From Nitrosopumilus sp. (GTDB lineage Archaea > Thermoproteota > Nitrososphaeria > Nitrososphaerales > Nitrosopumilaceae), in the NCBI GenBank assembly GCA_963662625.1, contig OY759726.1, positions 992,001 to 1,056,000 of the forward strand: a stretch of DNA of 64,000 bases, read 5' to 3'. Each line of letters starts with the position of its first letter. Position 1 is the first letter of the stretch. The notes below the pieces were generated by a model, which worked only from the letters and a program-made list of their open reading frames with translations, was not told the DNA's origin and did no database searches. Made by a program: the position numbers and the translations under genes. This document shows, piece after piece, positions 61,095 through 64,000 of this stretch.

Positions 61095-61259
61095 GCCAGT
61101 CCCGGCGGACGGGCGCGCGATCCGGTCCTGCCACGGCATGAAGGGCTCGGAGGGCTTCGATCCCTCGACCTGGCGGTCCGAAGCCGCCCGCACTATCCTG
61201 ACTGTGCTACGAGTCCAAAAAAATAAGAATTTAACGGGCCTAAATACCTGTCTTGGTAC

Positions 61260-62435
61260 ATGAAGGTATCAAGGAAGGTGGTCGGAGTGGAGTACGCAAT
61301 CCGGGACATCGTGCTTGCCGCCAGGAGGGTGCAGCAGAAGGGGATGCGGGTAGACTACCTCAACATAGGCGATCCGGTGCAGTTCGGCTTCCAGCCGCCC
61401 GACAACGTGCGGCAGGCGCTCGTCGACTCCGTCAGGAGGGGCGAGAACTACTACTCCCCGTCCGAAGGCCTGCCGGAGCTCCGCGACGCGATAGCGAAAA
61501 AAGAGGGCGCCAACGGCTTCCAGACATCCCCCGACGACGTACTGATCACCAACGGCGTCTCCGAGGGGCTGGACATGGTGATGTCGTCGATCGTGGAGGA
61601 GGGCGACGAGGTGCTGCTGCCCGGGCCGTACTACCCGCCGTACGCGTCGTACGTCCGGCTGCACGGCGGGGTGCCCGTCGAGTTCGCAGTCGACCTGGAG
61701 CACTCCACGCCCGACATAGGAGACATAATGTCCAAGATCACCCCGAAGACGGTCGCAATCTGCCTGATCAGCCCGAACAACCCCACGGGCGTGGTGTTCA
61801 ACGAAAAGTCGCTGAGGGAGCTCGTGGACATCGCGAACCAGCACGGGCTTTACATAATCTGCGACGAGATATACGACCGGATAGTGTTCGACGAGGAGTT
61901 CGTCGGCATCGGTAGGGTGGCAGGCGACTCCCCGGTGATAGTCCTCAACGGCTTCTCCAAGGTCAACCTGATGTCGGGGTGGCGCATCGGCTACATCGCG
62001 TTCGGCCGGTCCCCGGGGCTCGACGGCCTGCGCGAACACCTGCCAAAGCTGGCCCGGGTCAGGATAGCGACGAACCTGCCGGTCCAGCACGCGGCCCTGG
62101 AGTCCCTCCGGGGGCCGCAGGACTACATATCCCGGTTCGTGTCCGAACTGAAGGCGCGCAGGGACTTCGTGGTGGGGCGCCTCAACTCGATGCCGGGGCT
62201 GTCCTGCCCCGTCCCGAGGGGCGCGTTTTACGCGTTCCCGAGGATCGAGACCGACAGGTTCGGCACCGACAAGGAGTTCGTCACGGGCCTCCTGGAGTCG
62301 AAGGGGGTCCTGACCGTCCACGGCTCAGGCTTCGGGGAGCAGTTCGGCAGCGGGCACTTTAGGCTGGTCTTCCTGCCCGGCATGGACGTGCTGGAGTCCG
62401 CAATGGACAAGATCGAGGAGTTCGTGGGTCAGTAG
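61260..62435 (+). CDS. Class I/II PLP aminotransferase (alanine aminotransferase-like)
   Basis: VEYAIRDIV, LNIGDP, NNPTG, DEIYD, GFSK..GWRIG. Confidence 0.92.
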   Translation: MKVSRKVVGVEYAIRDIVLAARRVQQKGMRVDYLNIGDPVQFGFQPPDNVRQALVDSVRRGENYYSPSEGLPELRDAIAKKEGANGFQTSPDDVLITNGVSEGLDMVMSSIVEEGDEVLLPGPYYPPYASYVRLHGGVPVEFAVDLEHSTPDIGDIMSKITPKTVAICLISPNNPTGVVFNEKSLRELVDIANQHGLYIICDEIYDRIVFDEEFVGIGRVAGDSPVIVLNGFSKVNLMSGWRIGYIAFGRSPGLDGLREHLPKLARVRIATNLPVQHAALESLRGPQDYISRFVSELKARRDFVVGRLNSMPGLSCPVPRGAFYAFPRIETDRFGTDKEFVTGLLESKGVLTVHGSGFGEQFGSGHFRLVFLPGMDVLESAMDKIEEFVGQ

Positions 62436-62830
62436 CTCCAGTACGAGAGCCTGTCGGGCACGATCTCGATTATGCAGTCGGTGTCGTCGAGCAGCTCCGC
62501 GGCGGCCTTGGATTCCAGCGAGTCGTAGTACCTCGAAAGGATCCTCCTTGCGATCCTCTTCACCCTGCCCACCTCCAGGATCAGGCTGGCGCGCCCGCGG
62601 CCCGCGACGCCGAAGATGTCCGGGGAGTTCACGCCCACGTCGACGCAGAACGCGACGTCCCCGTTCCTCCCCACGTTCCTCGCCTTCTGCGTCCCCGCGT
62701 TGGTGCCCACGTAGAGTTTTTTAGCGATGAGGCCGTACCACACGGGAACCACGTGGGGCGTCCCGTCGGCCCCCACCGTCGCCAGCCTCAGGACCTTCTG
62801 GGATCTCAGGAACTCATCCCTTTTGTTCAC
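62429..62830 (-). CDS. Pyridoxamine 5'-phosphate oxidase-like (F420/FMN-binding split barrel) protein
   Basis: RLATVGADGTPHVVPVWY, KARN...VAFCVD; GTG start at 62830. Confidence 0.88.
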   Translation of the reverse strand: MNKRDEFLRSQKVLRLATVGADGTPHVVPVWYGLIAKKLYVGTNAGTQKARNVGRNGDVAFCVDVGVNSPDIFGVAGRGRASLILEVGRVKRIARRILSRYYDSLESKAAAELLDDTDCIIEIVPDRLSYWSY

Positions 62831-63047
62831 GCCTACGAAGGCCCCAGAGCGCCATAAAAACCCCAAAGCCGATCATCCCAGCCGAGACCTTCTCGTTGGT
62901 GACCTCGGAGTTCACCAGGAACTCCAGCATGAACTCGGGGCCCCACAGGATCAGCTGCCTCACGAGCACGATCCCCGCCATGATCCCAAACAGCGCGCCT
63001 ATGGCCGTGTGCCAGTTCCTGCCGCGCCTGTAGTGTTCGTGGCTCAT
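62814..63047 (-). CDS. Small two-TM membrane protein
   Basis: 77 aa, two hydrophobic helices, within a co-oriented gene string. Confidence 0.65.
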   Translation of the reverse strand: MSHEHYRRGRNWHTAIGALFGIMAGIVLVRQLILWGPEFMLEFLVNSEVTNEKVSAGMIGFGVFMALWGLRRREQKG

Positions 63048-63058
63048 GGCGCGGGCGC

Positions 63059-63730
63059 CTAGACGATCTTTATCCCGGGGTTCTTCATCTTGTTCCTGAT
63101 CATCGCGTTCAGGAGCAGCGGCGTGGAGATCTCCGCAAGGTATGCCAGCTTCCCGGGGCCCAGGTAGACCGGCCTCAGCCCGCTTATCTCGTTGATGAGC
63201 CCGTTGACCACGCCCACCGCCCCCATGTCGTCCCCGCAGACGAATATGTCGTAGTCCAGTTCCAGCGTGGGGTTGGCGAGTTTTTTCTCCGAGATGACGT
63301 GGAACGCGGAGACCAGCCTGGAGCTGTCCCTGACGTGCCTTGAGACCAGCTGGTGCGAGAACGGCATGCCCTCCTTTATGGGTATGAACTCAAACCCGGC
63401 GTCGGTCTTGACCATGGGGACTATCGGGGAGACCACGACGCACCCGTCCCTGGCCTGGGGGCACACCTCGGAGCACACCGCGTCTATGTTGCCGTACGGG
63501 ATGGACAGGACCAGGACGTCGCTTTCCCTTGCCACGGAGGCGTTGTCGCCGCCGCCGACCGTGCCGCCGACCTGCCCGAAGGCCTCCCTCGCGGCGCCGG
63601 CGTACTCGTCGGCCGCCGCCCTTGCCCGGGCCGCGTCCCTCGAGCCCACCAGCACGTCGTGGTTACGGCACCACCTGAGCGCGAAGCCCTTCCCCATGCC
63701 GCCGGTGCCGCCTATGATCCCGACCTTCAT
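63059..63730 (-). CDS. npdG: NADPH-dependent F420 reductase
   Basis: GGTGGMGKG.A.RW, GSRD..RA, VSAFH.IS, D..VCGDD. Confidence 0.88.
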   Translation of the reverse strand: MKVGIIGGTGGMGKGFALRWCRNHDVLVGSRDAARARAAADEYAGAAREAFGQVGGTVGGGDNASVARESDVLVLSIPYGNIDAVCSEVCPQARDGCVVVSPIVPMVKTDAGFEFIPIKEGMPFSHQLVSRHVRDSSRLVSAFHVISEKKLANPTLELDYDIFVCGDDMGAVGVVNGLINEISGLRPVYLGPGKLAYLAEISTPLLLNAMIRNKMKNPGIKIV

Positions 63731-63779
63731 GGTGTTGCTCTGACAATGTTATTATTATCTCTATATGAACTCCCACCAA

Positions 63780-64000
63780 TTGGGCTCTATTATTTTTCTA
63801 CGGCACGGACAGGCCAAAAACAACGTCGAAAGAGTCCTGGCAGGCCGCACCCCCGGGATCCCGCTCACCGACGAGGGGGCGGAGCAGGCAGGCCAGGCAG
63901 CCGGGTACCTGGCCGAGATGGGCGTCTCGGCGGTCTACTCGAGCCCCGTCCAGAGGGCCAGGGAGACTGCCGACATAGTGGCGCGCCGCAACTCGCTGGA
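63780..64000 (+). CDS. Histidine phosphatase (phosphoglycerate mutase family), runs off the window
   Basis: Read from DNA: MGSIIFLRHGQAKNN..LAGR..PLTDEG..QA..VYSSPVQRARETA. Confidence 0.88.
   Translation, partial: MGSIIFLRHGQAKNNVERVLAGRTPGIPLTDEGAEQAGQAAGYLAEMGVSAVYSSPVQRARETADIVARRNSL

Overview
GC-rich chromosomal segment of an ammonia-oxidising-type archaeon (Nitrososphaerota/Thaumarchaeota, Nitrosopumilaceae-like). The assignment is inferred from gene content and order; the high GC recalls sponge-associated lineages but no host link can be shown here. Most of the window is housekeeping: cobalamin genes (cbiG/X/C/A, cobO), aIF2 alpha/gamma, nop10, rps6e, radB-like, Lhr helicase, RPA, grpE-dnaK-dnaJ, gatDE, cdc48, rpl2, pelota, tetraether synthase, an aglB-linked glycosylation cluster, mtnA and npdG. 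Features read directly from the DNA and absent from the ORF track: tRNA-Gly(CCC), tRNA-Gln(TTG), tRNA-Leu(CAG), SRP (7S) RNA, a box C/D guide RNA whose D guide fits the wobble C34 of tRNA-Leu(CAA), and three small ORFs. Accessory DNA consists of two tRNA-anchored islands (AT-richer exported-protein genes, an integrase relic, IS630/IS66 relics, and the same short motif after both tRNAs) and an IS630 nested inside an IS66 with intact ends and an 8-bp target duplication. The dead elements appear to have decayed mainly by A>G/T>C changes. Also present: two patchwork-identical glycosyltransferase paralogues, two isolated repeat-spacer-repeat units of CRISPR-like size, and a DUF3892/DUF5679-like protein with nested tandem repeats. 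All calls are by eye; no searches were run.
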